DNA of 64,000 nucleotides from Candidatus Poribacteria bacterium (GCA_965215015.1 OZ244042.1:448001-512000), one strand, 5' to 3'; counted from the first letter of the stretch, positions 1 through 11,241 are shown. Notes: generated by a model from the letters alone, not told the origin. Made by a program: numbers and translations.

Positions 1-250
1 GAATGTATCGACTAAGTTCAATTTCCTCAAACTCAAGTTTTTTAATTCCACTATATCTTGAAGATATATGTCATAGGTTCGTGAGATACTCTACCTCTTT
101 CTTCAATATAAGGTTTCAGGCGCGGTTTAACAGACTTAGCTGTTCCGTTCACGTGCGATCCGAACAGTCCAATCTGCTTGAACCCTATTTCCTCAGTGTC
201 TCCCGGTTGTCCGCAAGTGTCTGTTTGACACAGTGCCTGCTGAGAACTGC
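1..250 (-). pseudogene. Degraded MNT (minimal nucleotidyltransferase) antitoxin plus start of HEPN/DUF86 toxin
   Basis: Minus-strand fragments in shifting frames: KQTLADNRETLRK / FKQIGLFGSHVNG / KPRLKPYIE / KEVEY (MNT-like), then RTYDIYLQDIVE (DUF86-like N-terminus); frameshifts and an internal deletion; runs off the window edge. Confidence 0.5.
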
Positions 251-450
251 TTGGTTTTCCGACGTAAAACCCTCCGAGCTTTTGCACAAATGATGTTTTT
301 CCCGGTGTAGGTGACAACTTGCGTTATTATACATCTTTTTATGTCGTTTATCAAACCCATGCTGTAGTATAATTACGCCACGGTTAAATAGGAAAATTCG
401 CAAACAACAAATTGTCCTAGAAAATCCATAGAGGAAAAAGGAGGATAACC

Positions 451-1245
451 ATGCGCGTTGAACTTCTAGCCATTGATTGCCAAAATGACTTCTGCGATCC
501 GGGTGGCGCACTGTACGTGCCGGGCGCAGAAAACGATATGACCCGCTTGGCAGCGTTTATTGCTCGGATCAGTAGTCATCTACACAATATGCACTTCACG
601 CTTGACACTCACCACACGGTTGATGTCGGGCATCCGATATTTTGGAAAAATAGTGCCGGTGAGTCGCCGGAACCATTTACCACCATCACGCATGAGGATA
701 TCAAAGCTGGAAACTGGCTACCGTTCGATCCAGCGTTTACCCAACGGATGCTGGATTACACGCGGCTGTTGGAAGAAAATAATCGGTATCAACTGACGAT
801 CTGGCCCATACACTGCCGGATCGCAACGTGGGGGAGCGCGCTCTATCCTTCTGTAGATCAGGCGGTACGGGATTGGGAGGCAACCCAATTAGGGGTTGTT
901 GATTTCGTAACGAAGGGATCAAATATCTTCACCGAACACTACAGCGCGGTGAAGGCAGATGTCCCGGATCCGGAAGACCCCACCACGCAGCTCAATACCG
1001 ACCTAATCCAGACACTGGAACAGTGCGATCAGGTGATTATCGTCGGTGAAGCGTTATCCCACTGCGTTGCAAGCACGGTGCGTGATGTTGCTTCCGAATT
1101 TGGGGATGAGGGGGCAAAGAAGTTAGTTATCCTTGAGGATTGTTCGTCGAATGTTCCCGGCTTTGAATCACTCGGCGATGCGTTCCTGCACGATATATCA
1201 CAACTCGGGGTGACGATTACCAACAGTGTAGACTTCATGCGGTGA
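451..1245 (+). CDS. Nicotinamidase/isochorismatase-family cysteine hydrolase
   Basis: IDCQNDF, D-T-H, WPIHC, KGSN and GEALSHCV motifs; RBS GGAGGA upstream. Confidence 0.85.
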   Translation: MRVELLAIDCQNDFCDPGGALYVPGAENDMTRLAAFIARISSHLHNMHFTLDTHHTVDVGHPIFWKNSAGESPEPFTTITHEDIKAGNWLPFDPAFTQRMLDYTRLLEENNRYQLTIWPIHCRIATWGSALYPSVDQAVRDWEATQLGVVDFVTKGSNIFTEHYSAVKADVPDPEDPTTQLNTDLIQTLEQCDQVIIVGEALSHCVASTVRDVASEFGDEGAKKLVILEDCSSNVPGFESLGDAFLHDISQLGVTITNSVDFMR

Positions 1246-1461
1246 ATCGTAGGGAAGATTGGCGAAACCCCCTTGCGAAAAAAACGTTTCTAAAGAGCGG
1301 GAGGGTATTGATAATGAAACCGAAACGCAAACCCAAGACGTTAGCAGGAACTGTCGTCCAAAACCTGACGCGGAAAAAGCAAATTGAAGCAATGCGGAAG
1401 CAGCTGTTAAAGGGTGCGCGAAAGAGTCAAAATTAAAAAAAAGGGCACCTGATTACTTCCA

Positions 1462-2865
1462 TCACGCTCTGACAGCGTCACAATACTGCCGCAGATTCTC
1501 CTTGCCAAGTTTCTCATAAACCGCTTCTCGCAGCCGGTGTTGTTCCAACCCTAAATCTTCCTTCAGTAACCGCTCGACCTCTTCCGCCTTTCGGGGTTGA
1601 AGTGGCAACGATGCCGCATTCAACTGGCGCAGAACGAGCCGTGCACCGAGTGCCGCTGCCTCTCGGATAGACATCGCATTGGTCTTATCCACCGTGTCAA
1701 ATGCCGTATGTCCAAATCCTCTGCCGGGCGGGCGCCCAACCGTTGTCATGCTGCCAGTCGGAATACCCTTGAGAAAATAGGGATAGTGATCCGAGTAGCA
1801 ACTGATACCCTGTCCAACGGAGATGTCCTGCCCCATCTCTTCGGCTGCGTTTTCAATGAAAGACTCAAAATCAGGCAACCGGTGAAGCTGAATCCCTTTT
1901 CGCCCACCGGGGTTACCCGCAGAGTCCAAGTTCCAAACAAAGCGGACGGGCGTGGGATTATCGCCTAACTGCTGGGCATGATGATATGCGCCAAATAACC
2001 CCACTTCCTCATTGCTCCAAGCAATAAATTGCACACTACGAGCCAATCCGTCTCCCGCATAAGCCGACAGCACACGCGCCATCTCGGGGACGACCACCAA
2101 CCCACTGAGTGGGTCATTGGCACCCTGCGTGATGTCGTGTCCATCGTAGTGACACCCAACAATAATGACCTCGTCGGGTTGCGTTTTGCCTCGGAGTTCC
2201 CCTACGATGTTCCACGCCGTTGTCCGGCGGTACGCATCGGTGGTCTTAATTCTTACACGCACCACCCCGTTTTGCCGAGACAGGCGGTGAAGAAACTCGC
2301 CGGTTTCATAGGAGATCCCGATACCGGGGATAACCGCTTCGTGGTTCCAGCCAATGGTGCCGGTGACCTCGCCATAGCCGGGGTAGTGATTCTGAAAGAT
2401 GAATCCCTTAGAGTCGTATAGGATGGCGCGGTCATACTTCTCCATACGATGGATGCCACCGCTCCGAGAAATGACAATATTGTCTGCAAGATGGTTTCCC
2501 TCTTTTTCAAAATCTTTCTCTACCCCTTCATCAACGAAAACGAGGACCCCCTCCACCTCTGCAGCCGGACAGTAAGGCAGCGAGATGCACGACACTTCGC
2601 GTACTATGGGGCTGAGAACCTCCAAGGTCGCTGCCCCACGATACCACCCATCGTAGTCGTAAGCGTCTTTATGAACATTAGCCAGCCCATACGCAGCAAA
2701 TTTCTCTTCTATCAGATCCGCGGCGAGGGAGGCACCCTCCGTTCCACCGAATCGCGATCCAAAATCGTCACAGAGTGTTGTCAGCAACGCCATCGGTTCA
2801 GTTGAGGTGTATATATCCCCGACGATTTTCTGATCTAGTTGAAGATAAGGATTGATCGTTGGCAT
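1462..2865 (-). CDS. M28-family metallopeptidase with PA domain
   Basis: GCHYD, GANDP, NEEVGL, NLD, SDH and HTAFD zinc-ligand motifs. Confidence 0.85.
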   Translation of the reverse strand: MPTINPYLQLDQKIVGDIYTSTEPMALLTTLCDDFGSRFGGTEGASLAADLIEEKFAAYGLANVHKDAYDYDGWYRGAATLEVLSPIVREVSCISLPYCPAAEVEGVLVFVDEGVEKDFEKEGNHLADNIVISRSGGIHRMEKYDRAILYDSKGFIFQNHYPGYGEVTGTIGWNHEAVIPGIGISYETGEFLHRLSRQNGVVRVRIKTTDAYRRTTAWNIVGELRGKTQPDEVIIVGCHYDGHDITQGANDPLSGLVVVPEMARVLSAYAGDGLARSVQFIAWSNEEVGLFGAYHHAQQLGDNPTPVRFVWNLDSAGNPGGRKGIQLHRLPDFESFIENAAEEMGQDISVGQGISCYSDHYPYFLKGIPTGSMTTVGRPPGRGFGHTAFDTVDKTNAMSIREAAALGARLVLRQLNAASLPLQPRKAEEVERLLKEDLGLEQHRLREAVYEKLGKENLRQYCDAVRA

Positions 2866-2976
2866 GTTGTCTTTTCTCCTTCCAACCTCACTGGATTTTG
2901 GGAGGTTACCAAGAGATGAGTTTTCTGCTCACGCCTTTGCGCCCTTGCGTTAAATTCCGCCCGTTCTCTCAGTTTA

Positions 2977-3744
2977 TCAATTCACCTCTGGCATTCCTTC
3001 TACCTCGTGGGACGTATCCCGCTGCATCGTCGGTCTGATGACCACCGAAGGGAGATTAGTCCGTTGTGGTAGACTAGCCATGAGACAGATCGTTGCCGAA
3101 GTTTCGTCGACATCTACCATCTCAGGGCGTGTCTCATCGGGAGGGGGAATGGGACGCTTATCGAGAATAGGTGTGTCAACCTCGCCGGGAATGATGACGC
3201 TTGCCCGAATGCCGGTGTTCCGAAGATCGACATTGAGAAATTCGGTGAAATTGATGACAGCTGCCTTGGCAGGACCATACGCTAACCCGCTAAAAGGTCC
3301 GGGGGTTACGCCAGCTAGGGATGAAACGTTGATAATAGTGCCCTGCTTTGCCTCTAGCATGGCGGGAACTACCGCCTGTGCACAGTAAATTGTACCAATC
3401 AGGTTAGAATCGAAGACGCTGCGAATCTCCTCCGGCGTGATGGTTAGCAGCCTCCGATTTTTAGAACTATGACCAGCGTTATTCACCAGCACATCAATGC
3501 GGCCAAATGTGTCGAGCACAGCCTTTGCCATCTGACGAACGGCATCGCGATCAGCGACATCCAATGAGATGGCTACGGCTGTGCCGCCGTCGGCGATAAT
3601 CTCGTCTCTGACCGTCTCGACCTTGGCCGCTGTCCTACCGACCAGCACGACCTTGGCGCCTTGCTGTGCCATCATTATCCCCGCGCCGCGCCCGATGCCG
3701 CTACCGCCGCCGGTGATGATACAAACTTTATCTTGTAAACTCAT
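2977..3744 (-). CDS. SDR-family oxidoreductase
   Basis: TGGGSGIG, NNAG, YGPAK (YxxxK); start placed at MSLQDK. Confidence 0.9.
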   Translation of the reverse strand: MSLQDKVCIITGGGSGIGRGAGIMMAQQGAKVVLVGRTAAKVETVRDEIIADGGTAVAISLDVADRDAVRQMAKAVLDTFGRIDVLVNNAGHSSKNRRLLTITPEEIRSVFDSNLIGTIYCAQAVVPAMLEAKQGTIINVSSLAGVTPGPFSGLAYGPAKAAVINFTEFLNVDLRNTGIRASVIIPGEVDTPILDKRPIPPPDETRPEMVDVDETSATICLMASLPQRTNLPSVVIRPTMQRDTSHEVEGMPEVN

Positions 3745-3915
3745 CTGTCCCCCCATGAGTGATTAAATAGTTAGAAGTATTGGCTGTTCAATCATGTCCC
3801 TATCAATCTAATGAAACGTAAAATATAAAACGTGGACTTATGTTAAAAAATCGTGCGAAGAGAGACCGAGTTTTCAAAAAACCCCGGTTTATCTTCGCAA
3901 CAGAAGGGTTGCCTC

Positions 3916-6003
3916 TTACTTGTCTATCCCTAACAAATCGAAGATAAACGCATACTCAAAAGCGATCTCCCTTAGGTAGTCATACCGTCCCGAAGGGCCC
4001 CCATGGCCCGCACCCATCTCAGTTTTGAGAAGCAGCCGATTACCCCCCGTTTTCAAGGCACGTAGCTTTGCTGTCCATTTGGCAGGCTCCCAATAATGTA
4101 CCCGCGGGTCGTTAAGTCCCGCTGTCACCAATATATGTGGGTATTCTTTCGCATCAATATTGTCGTAGGGGGAGTACGATTTGATGTAATCGTAAAACAC
4201 TTTCTCGTTGGGGTTGCCCCATTCGTCATATTCGATGACCGTCAGGGGGATAGATGCGTCGAGCATAGTGTTGACCACATCAACGAAAGGCACCTTTGCG
4301 ATGACAATCTCAAAAAGTTCCGGACGCATATTTGTGACTGCGCCCATAAGCAGTCCGCCCGCGCTGCCGCCTTGAATAACTAGTTTGTTGCTTGCAGTAT
4401 ATTTTTCAGTGATTAAGTGCTCGGCACAGGCAATGAAATCAGTGAAGGTGTTCCTTTTGTGGAGGAGTTTGCCATTCTCATACCACGCTCGTCCCATCTC
4501 TTCGCCGCCCCGAATGTGGGCGATGGCGTATCTGAACCCTCGATCTAACAAACTCAATCGGTTTGATGAAAAATAGGCTTCGCTGTTGATGCCGTAGGAG
4601 CCGTATCCGTATAAAAGCAGCGGATTTTTCCCGTCTTTGACCAGCCCTTTTTTATATACTAGCGAGATTGGAATGGTGGTGCCATCAGTCGCTTTGGCAA
4701 AAATTCGTTCCGATTCGTAAAGGGAGGAGTTATATCCACCGAGAACTTCGTCCTGCTTTTTCAATTCGCGGGTTCTAGTATCCATTTCGTAGTCAAAGAC
4801 CGACATCGGGGTAACGAGTGAGGCGTAGTTGAAACGAAGGATATTCGTGTTGAACTCCGGATTCCTTCCCGGCCGAACCGTATAGACCGGTTCAGGAAAA
4901 TCCACCGGATGCGTTTTGCCTGTGGTGAGGTTCCGAACATGAATTTTTTGGAGTCCATCTTCCCGTTCAGAAATAACCAACTGATTCTGAAAGGCACTGA
5001 CGCCATCCAGCTTTACCGCTTCCCGATGGGGTATCATTTCCTCCCAATTCGCCCTCGACGGATTATTGGTGGACGCGCGCATCAACTTGAAATTCACTGC
5101 ATCCGCGTTAGTAACAATGAAGAACTGATCGCCGTGATGCTCAACGGAATATTCCAACTCCGGCTGGCGTGGCGAAATGACTTTGAAATCGCCTGTAGGT
5201 TGATCTGCTTCCAAATAGTGAACTTCAGAAGTATTGATATTCTCCAACTCCATCAGCAGGTAAGCCTCGCTTCTCGTCTTGGAAACGTCTAGGAAAAACG
5301 ACTCATCCGGCTCATGATAGATAAGAACATCCACTGTCGGATCGCTGCCGAGTTGGTGCCTGTAAAGTTTATGGGGACGTTTTGCCGCATCCAGTGTGGT
5401 GTAAAAGAGGGTCTGATTATCGTTCGCCCACTCAACACTGTAGTAGGTGTTTGGAATTTGATCTGATAACAGTTGACCGGTATTCAGATCTTTGATATGC
5501 AGGGTATAACTTTCTCCGCCAGTCGTATCGATAGAATACGCCAAAAGTTGATGGTTTGGACTGATTTTATAGACGCCTATCTCCAGATATTCATGCCCTT
5601 CGGCAAGGACATTCTGATTTAGAAGTATCTCCTCCTCCCCCTCCAAATTTCCCTTTTTTCGGCAATGGATTGGATACTGTTTCCCCTCCTCGGTGCGGGT
5701 ATAATAATAGTAATCACCCATCTTTTCGGGAACGGAGAGGTCGGTTTCTTTAATTCTTCCCAAAAGCTCTTGATACAGCTGTTCTTGAAAGTCTTCAGTA
5801 TGCTGCATCATTGCTTCGGTATATCTATTCTCCGCTTCAAGGTATTCGATGACTTCCGGGTCCGATTTTTCTCTAAGCCAAAAATAGTTATCAACACGTT
5901 CTTCACCGTGCACTGTGTCTACTTTTGGGGCGGGTTTTGCAACGGGGGGGGTTCGCGATGCAATTGGGGCAGCAGTGGCTAACCAATAAATAATCGGTAA
6001 CAT
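3916..6003 (-). CDS. ptrB: Oligopeptidase B (S9A)
   Basis: DNYFWLR, YGYGSYG, GGSAGG nucleophile, DPRV and GAGHGG catalytic motifs. Confidence 0.92.
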   Translation of the reverse strand: MLPIIYWLATAAPIASRTPPVAKPAPKVDTVHGEERVDNYFWLREKSDPEVIEYLEAENRYTEAMMQHTEDFQEQLYQELLGRIKETDLSVPEKMGDYYYYTRTEEGKQYPIHCRKKGNLEGEEEILLNQNVLAEGHEYLEIGVYKISPNHQLLAYSIDTTGGESYTLHIKDLNTGQLLSDQIPNTYYSVEWANDNQTLFYTTLDAAKRPHKLYRHQLGSDPTVDVLIYHEPDESFFLDVSKTRSEAYLLMELENINTSEVHYLEADQPTGDFKVISPRQPELEYSVEHHGDQFFIVTNADAVNFKLMRASTNNPSRANWEEMIPHREAVKLDGVSAFQNQLVISEREDGLQKIHVRNLTTGKTHPVDFPEPVYTVRPGRNPEFNTNILRFNYASLVTPMSVFDYEMDTRTRELKKQDEVLGGYNSSLYESERIFAKATDGTTIPISLVYKKGLVKDGKNPLLLYGYGSYGINSEAYFSSNRLSLLDRGFRYAIAHIRGGEEMGRAWYENGKLLHKRNTFTDFIACAEHLITEKYTASNKLVIQGGSAGGLLMGAVTNMRPELFEIVIAKVPFVDVVNTMLDASIPLTVIEYDEWGNPNEKVFYDYIKSYSPYDNIDAKEYPHILVTAGLNDPRVHYWEPAKWTAKLRALKTGGNRLLLKTEMGAGHGGPSGRYDYLREIAFEYAFIFDLLGIDK

Positions 6004-6038
6004 CTGACGCGTATCTCCTTGTGTTCATTGGATGGGGT

Positions 6039-7505
6039 TCAATCCAAATAGTCCATCTCCGGACGGCGTTCCCAACGAAATTGGTCTTTCGGGTTGGTGT
6101 ATTCTGCCCAAGCCCTGATAATCTCTAAGTCTGTCCGTTTTTGTTCCATCTTTTCGGCAACGACTTTGGGATCCCAGTCTTCCAGAACCTCGGCGATTAA
6201 TTGCTCTCGTATCTCCCGACAACTCGCGTCCTGCGCTCGATCCGATAGTTCGTTGGGGTCATCAGCGAGATTAAAAAGCTGCGGTTCTTGACCGTGGTAG
6301 TAATTCAACTTCCATTCGTCGCGCCGAATCATTCGATGCAAGTTGCTTTGAATCCCGATCTTATCGGGGCACCCCTCGTAGGTGCAGTATTCGGAGAAGG
6401 CGAGGTCTTCCCACTCTGTATTGGGTTGACGCACTATTTCAAGTACACTTCTGCCGCGAGCGTTAGGCAAGGGCGGTGCGCCGAGTGCTTCCAACATTGT
6501 CGCGTTTAAATCGAGCGAACTTAGAACACGGTCACACTGGATACCTTCCGGCAAGGTGCCGGGCCACGAGAGAATCGCCGGCACTTTAACTGAACCCTCG
6601 TAGAACGTGCGCTTCATCCACAAACCGTGTTCTCCCACCTGATCCCCGTGATCGGAACTGTAGATGATAAGTGTGTTCTCCGCTAGGTCATTCTTTCGGA
6701 GTGCGGCAAGAATCTCACCAATCATTATGTCCATCCGCGTCACCAATGCCCAGTATGCTGTCAGCGCGCTAAGGATCTCCGCTTCAGGAACATCTATGAG
6801 ATTACCCCACTCTCTCCACCACTTGAAGTAGGGATGGAGTGCGTCGGAGAACGGTTCGGGGTGTTTGGGGAGAGTCATCACATCTCGGTAGAGTTCGTAG
6901 TCCTCCCGACGCGCCACATAGGGTGAGTGAGGGAGCATAAATCCTACTGAGAGGCAGAAAGGTTCCGTTGGCAAGCCAGCCCGCTTTTGCACGCCGAGCC
7001 GGTCTAGATAATTTACGGTTGCAGCAGTCACCTCCTCGTCGTGAACTTGATAGCTGCTTTGACCGTACCCCGATTTTTGCAAGCTGGCGCGTAAGTTTTT
7101 CGGGGCTGCTCCGCTGCCGGGATAATTGCCGCCGTGATCACCGACTAGACGCTCTGCATAGCCGTGCAGTTGGTCGGGTCCCAGTCCGTGCATCCGGCCG
7201 ATTAGCACCGGATGATATCCCGCTGCCCCCATCGCATGTGCAAGCGTTGGAATACCGGAATCCAAGATGTGGTTGTTCGTCCAGACCTTAATCTCAGAGG
7301 GATACCGTCCTGCTAACATTGACATCCGTGATGGCACACAAACCGGCGAGGGACAGTAGACGTTTTTAAAGAATACTCCCTTTGCTGCCAAACTATTGAG
7401 GTTAGGTGTCTGCACCAGCGGGTCGCCGTAGCAACCGATGACTGCGGGGTTGTGCTGATCGGAATGGATGTACAAAAGGTTCGGACGTTCTGTATTTGTT
7501 CCCAT
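6039..7505 (-). CDS. Sulfatase (choline-sulfatase-like)
   Basis: SDQH, CVPSR (CxPxR formylglycine motif), GRMH, PHSPY, SDHGD. Confidence 0.9.
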   Translation of the reverse strand: MGTNTERPNLLYIHSDQHNPAVIGCYGDPLVQTPNLNSLAAKGVFFKNVYCPSPVCVPSRMSMLAGRYPSEIKVWTNNHILDSGIPTLAHAMGAAGYHPVLIGRMHGLGPDQLHGYAERLVGDHGGNYPGSGAAPKNLRASLQKSGYGQSSYQVHDEEVTAATVNYLDRLGVQKRAGLPTEPFCLSVGFMLPHSPYVARREDYELYRDVMTLPKHPEPFSDALHPYFKWWREWGNLIDVPEAEILSALTAYWALVTRMDIMIGEILAALRKNDLAENTLIIYSSDHGDQVGEHGLWMKRTFYEGSVKVPAILSWPGTLPEGIQCDRVLSSLDLNATMLEALGAPPLPNARGRSVLEIVRQPNTEWEDLAFSEYCTYEGCPDKIGIQSNLHRMIRRDEWKLNYYHGQEPQLFNLADDPNELSDRAQDASCREIREQLIAEVLEDWDPKVVAEKMEQKRTDLEIIRAWAEYTNPKDQFRWERRPEMDYLD

Positions 7506-7678
7506 CGTTTTTATAATCTAATCTGTGGTGTGAGTTGGTGAGGATATTGAGTTCATGGGTTCAAAAGTTTATTCATCTACGAGTAGACTAATGCACCAAT
7601 GAACAAATTGTTTTCATGTTTCATTCTCTCCCTTTCACCGGGGCACTGCCAAATTTTACATAACTAATACAAATAGTT

Positions 7679-9133
7679 TCACCCAAGGTATACCTGTACC
7701 ATTGAAATCGAATGCGGCGGGATTGTGACTGTGAACGGATTGGAGGGGACCTCTAATTTCTGTTTCACCAGTTTTACATTTTCTTCGCCGAAGTCGTTCA
7801 TCACTATTGGATCTTCGCCCCTAATCTCAAACAGGACACCGTCGCTCTTGAGATTCCCATGTTGATTTTCGATTGTGACCGGCAGTGCATCCGTCCGATG
7901 CCTGTTAATCAGGTTAATCGAAATACGTCTGAGTTCTGGTTGGTAGCTCGCAGAGGCATCAAGGTATGGAACTTTGCCGCAGTTTTCCGTTTCAAAACAG
8001 TCCGAATCCCAGTGGGCATCGAGGGCAATCGTTCCATTTTCAAGGGTGTGCAGTTGCAGGGGCCAAAAGATGGTCTGCAAAAACAGACCTTCTGCGTTTG
8101 TGTGAATCGGTGCAATGACGTTGACCAACTGCGCCATATTCGCTAGCTTGATTACGTCCGCATGACGGAGAAAGGCATTGAGGAACATCCCGACCGCCAA
8201 GGCATCCTGCAATGTGTATCGCTCATACTGTGGATGCTCAGAATCGTGGCTATACATCACATTCCATTCATCGAAAGCGATTTTTAGTTTCTTCCCATTC
8301 TCCGAATAATATACCCCAACATCGATAATCCCACGAGCCGCACGGATAAATTTCTCAATATGTTCAGATGCAGCCATGTACTCGTAATAACCGCCATACC
8401 AATCGCCAACGTACATGTGGATAGCGAGGTAATCGGCAATGTCTGCTAATTTTTCGACCACCACCTGATTCCACTTCATATCGGAGGCTTTCTGCTCGAA
8501 TGAACCGCAGGCAGCCAGTTCAATATTTTTGTCAACCAGTTTCATCACTTTTGCGTATTCGTACGCAAGGGCGGCATATTCCTCCGCTGGCTTGTGTCCA
8601 ATTTTCCAGTGCCCTGAAACCTCGTTGCCCAATGCCCAGTATTTCACACAATGCGGCTCGTCGTGCCCATTTTTCCGACGGAGGTTGGCATAGTAGGTGT
8701 CCTCCACCCCGTTGCAGTATTCTACCCAATGCTGTGCCTCGTCCATCGTGCCGTTTCCCATGTTGACACAGATATAGGGTTCTGTCCCAACTTCGCGGCA
8801 AAATTGGATAAACTCATCTGTTCCAAAGTGGTTCGATTCGACTGTATTCCACGCCAACTCCATCCTACGTGGACGTCCCTCCTTGGGACCAATGCCATCC
8901 ATCCAGTGATACGCTGAGACAAAGTTCCCGCCGGGCCAACGGATATTCGGCACCTTTAACGACTTGATGGCTGCAAGCACATCCCGTCGAAAACCCCTCT
9001 CATCCGACAACAGTGAACCTTCTTCGTAGATACCACCATAGATACAACGTCGCAGATGTTCGATGAAATTGCCATAGATGTTGGGATGGATTACGTCGAT
9101 CCGTCGACGTGGATCCACCAAAATTGACCCCAT
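7679..9133 (-). CDS. GH51 alpha-L-arabinofuranosidase-like glycoside hydrolase
   Basis: RWPGGNF, WALGNE, FDEWN, ANMAQLVNV; RBS AAGGAGG before ATG 9133. Confidence 0.9.
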   Translation of the reverse strand: MGSILVDPRRRIDVIHPNIYGNFIEHLRRCIYGGIYEEGSLLSDERGFRRDVLAAIKSLKVPNIRWPGGNFVSAYHWMDGIGPKEGRPRRMELAWNTVESNHFGTDEFIQFCREVGTEPYICVNMGNGTMDEAQHWVEYCNGVEDTYYANLRRKNGHDEPHCVKYWALGNEVSGHWKIGHKPAEEYAALAYEYAKVMKLVDKNIELAACGSFEQKASDMKWNQVVVEKLADIADYLAIHMYVGDWYGGYYEYMAASEHIEKFIRAARGIIDVGVYYSENGKKLKIAFDEWNVMYSHDSEHPQYERYTLQDALAVGMFLNAFLRHADVIKLANMAQLVNVIAPIHTNAEGLFLQTIFWPLQLHTLENGTIALDAHWDSDCFETENCGKVPYLDASASYQPELRRISINLINRHRTDALPVTIENQHGNLKSDGVLFEIRGEDPIVMNDFGEENVKLVKQKLEVPSNPFTVTIPPHSISMVQVYLG

Positions 9134-9147
9134 GTTTCCTCCTTTTT

Positions 9148-11097
9148 CTACCAGAACCATACCACATACAACGGTGTCTCAATAATCACGCTCAAAATTG
9201 ACCAATAGCACCCACTTGCAACATCTCCCAAAATAAGTCCCAGGAAGAAGGGCAGGAAACGCCGGTATAAACGCGCTCCGCCAACCTTGAAGACGATGAA
9301 CTTAATAATTCCACACAGAATTAGGACGAACCAGTAGTGATCCATTGTGCCCCCGTTGATGCCCATCGCATATCCGACCGGGTGCAGAGGCCACCAGATA
9401 AATTTGAGCCGCAGGAGGCCTAGAAGCGTGGTAAATGCAAACCCCAGGCCGATTGCAAAGGTACCAAAAACGTCTGTCTCACGAGGAAATTGGAACCAGC
9501 CGGAGAGCTGGTTATAGACAGACTGCCCCGGGCCCAACACCTGTCCAGGGGCGTCTACAGCAATTGAGGCACCGAAGTCATACAGACAGTAGAGATAAAC
9601 AAGAAAAGCGATGAAAACACTGGGGGCAATTGCAAGGAGCATAACCACCATCAACCGACGATAGTTGAGCCCAGTGCGCTGGGCAAGCTTGAATCCCTCC
9701 AGCTGATGGGGCATCGGGTGGCTCCGGTTTGAGCCATTGAACCACGAAAACAGTGAAAACAGCGTCAAATCGCTTTTGCCGAATGCTGTTACGCCAGCCA
9801 CCGACGTCAGGATTGTCTGTGGATTGACGCCGCCCATGTTATGCACCGGTGGACCCAGCTCAGCACGAATGCGTGTGACTGCTGCTGCAATCACCATGTA
9901 TAAACCAAAAAAGAGTGGAAATACCCAGAAAGACATTCCCGCCTGACTAGAAATCACATAAAGTAGGAGCAGACAAACCACGATACCGATGACGGCGGAT
10001 CGATAGCGCACCGGTTCTTCCGAATCGTCGAGGGGTGTGTTCATGCCGACTACCCGCTTCAAAATTTCCCGGAAGTGTTTCCGCCCCGCCCAAATTGCCA
10101 TCACAATAATCGCGAGGAAAGCACCGACAGCTTGGTTTGGCAGGAAAGGGTAGTAAGGGATTGTATACAAACCAGCAGCCCGTCCACCAATGAATTGGGC
10201 TTTTCGGACCCAATAGAAGAACGCCATTGAAAGGCTTAAATCAATTGGGAGTAAAAAACACAATCCGATCATGAATAATCGCAGATGAAAATAGGTCGTT
10301 CCAATCGCATCCCACGGTTCGTTATTCAGCCACAAGGCGAGGTCAGCAGTTGGCTCGCGGATCGGTATCAGGGGGACAGATGGATAAAGAAAGTTGAGTC
10401 CGTTGATAATTTCGATTGTCGCTGCAATCCCAAATCCCCACCACATGGCACGATTCTGAAAGAAACTCATCCCTGGTGCAGTCATATCGAGCGGCAATTG
10501 AGCAATCGGATACGGCATCCTTTCATGTTCAATCCATTGACGTCGTATTAGAACATTCAGGAAGGCAACTAAAAAAAAGATCAGCGTAGCGATTGCTGTC
10601 CAACTCAGGATAGGAGCTATCCAGTAGCGCAAATAGCCATCGGTGACGAAATTCGCGCCGCCTTCGTAGAATGGGCGCGCCATCTCAGTGTGTTCCATGA
10701 CAAGCCATTTTGGAAGGTGAGGATGAATCAGCTGTTTCCATTCGTTCTCAGGTGAGGCGAACCAGAATGCGTGGGTGAGCGGCCCCATAAGGCTCACCAT
10801 GTTATCGTGAGCGATCACCGATGTTGTCGTCGCCATCATAACATAGATGACGAGTAGTTCGGCTTGAGTCAGCGCATAGGATGGAAAGAAACGGTAGACA
10901 CTAGCGTTCACAAGGGCGAGGATAAAGACGATGAAGATCACATTCATCGGGATGGAAGTCGCGGAGAAGTGGAAGCCGTGCCAGACCATTTCGACCATGG
11001 CAATCCAATAGGCGTTCACCGGCATGAGGATAAACCCTAATAGCACGGCGCGTAAGGTAATCCGCGACTCGGAACGCGTGGTTGGAGATGTGTTCAT
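9148..11097 (-). CDS. Polytopic membrane protein, DUF6785/DUF6784-like (putative transporter)
   Basis: Many TM segments; RRQWIEHERMPYP, RIRAELG, WWPLHPVG, PFFLGLILGD; two paralogs elsewhere in the window. Confidence 0.75.
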   Translation of the reverse strand: MNTSPTTRSESRITLRAVLLGFILMPVNAYWIAMVEMVWHGFHFSATSIPMNVIFIVFILALVNASVYRFFPSYALTQAELLVIYVMMATTTSVIAHDNMVSLMGPLTHAFWFASPENEWKQLIHPHLPKWLVMEHTEMARPFYEGGANFVTDGYLRYWIAPILSWTAIATLIFFLVAFLNVLIRRQWIEHERMPYPIAQLPLDMTAPGMSFFQNRAMWWGFGIAATIEIINGLNFLYPSVPLIPIREPTADLALWLNNEPWDAIGTTYFHLRLFMIGLCFLLPIDLSLSMAFFYWVRKAQFIGGRAAGLYTIPYYPFLPNQAVGAFLAIIVMAIWAGRKHFREILKRVVGMNTPLDDSEEPVRYRSAVIGIVVCLLLLYVISSQAGMSFWVFPLFFGLYMVIAAAVTRIRAELGPPVHNMGGVNPQTILTSVAGVTAFGKSDLTLFSLFSWFNGSNRSHPMPHQLEGFKLAQRTGLNYRRLMVVMLLAIAPSVFIAFLVYLYCLYDFGASIAVDAPGQVLGPGQSVYNQLSGWFQFPRETDVFGTFAIGLGFAFTTLLGLLRLKFIWWPLHPVGYAMGINGGTMDHYWFVLILCGIIKFIVFKVGGARLYRRFLPFFLGLILGDVASGCYWSILSVIIETPLYVVWFW

Positions 11098-11241
11098 TAG
11101 TCCTCCGGACTGAGGGGCAATCGCATGAAAACCAGAAAACGGGAAGCCGAGACAAGTGCTTGCCTCCCAATCTATTGAGGATGCTCAGCCCGTTTTCACG
11201 TTTTACGCTTCACGTTTCAGGTATGTTGTTGAGCGACGGAT

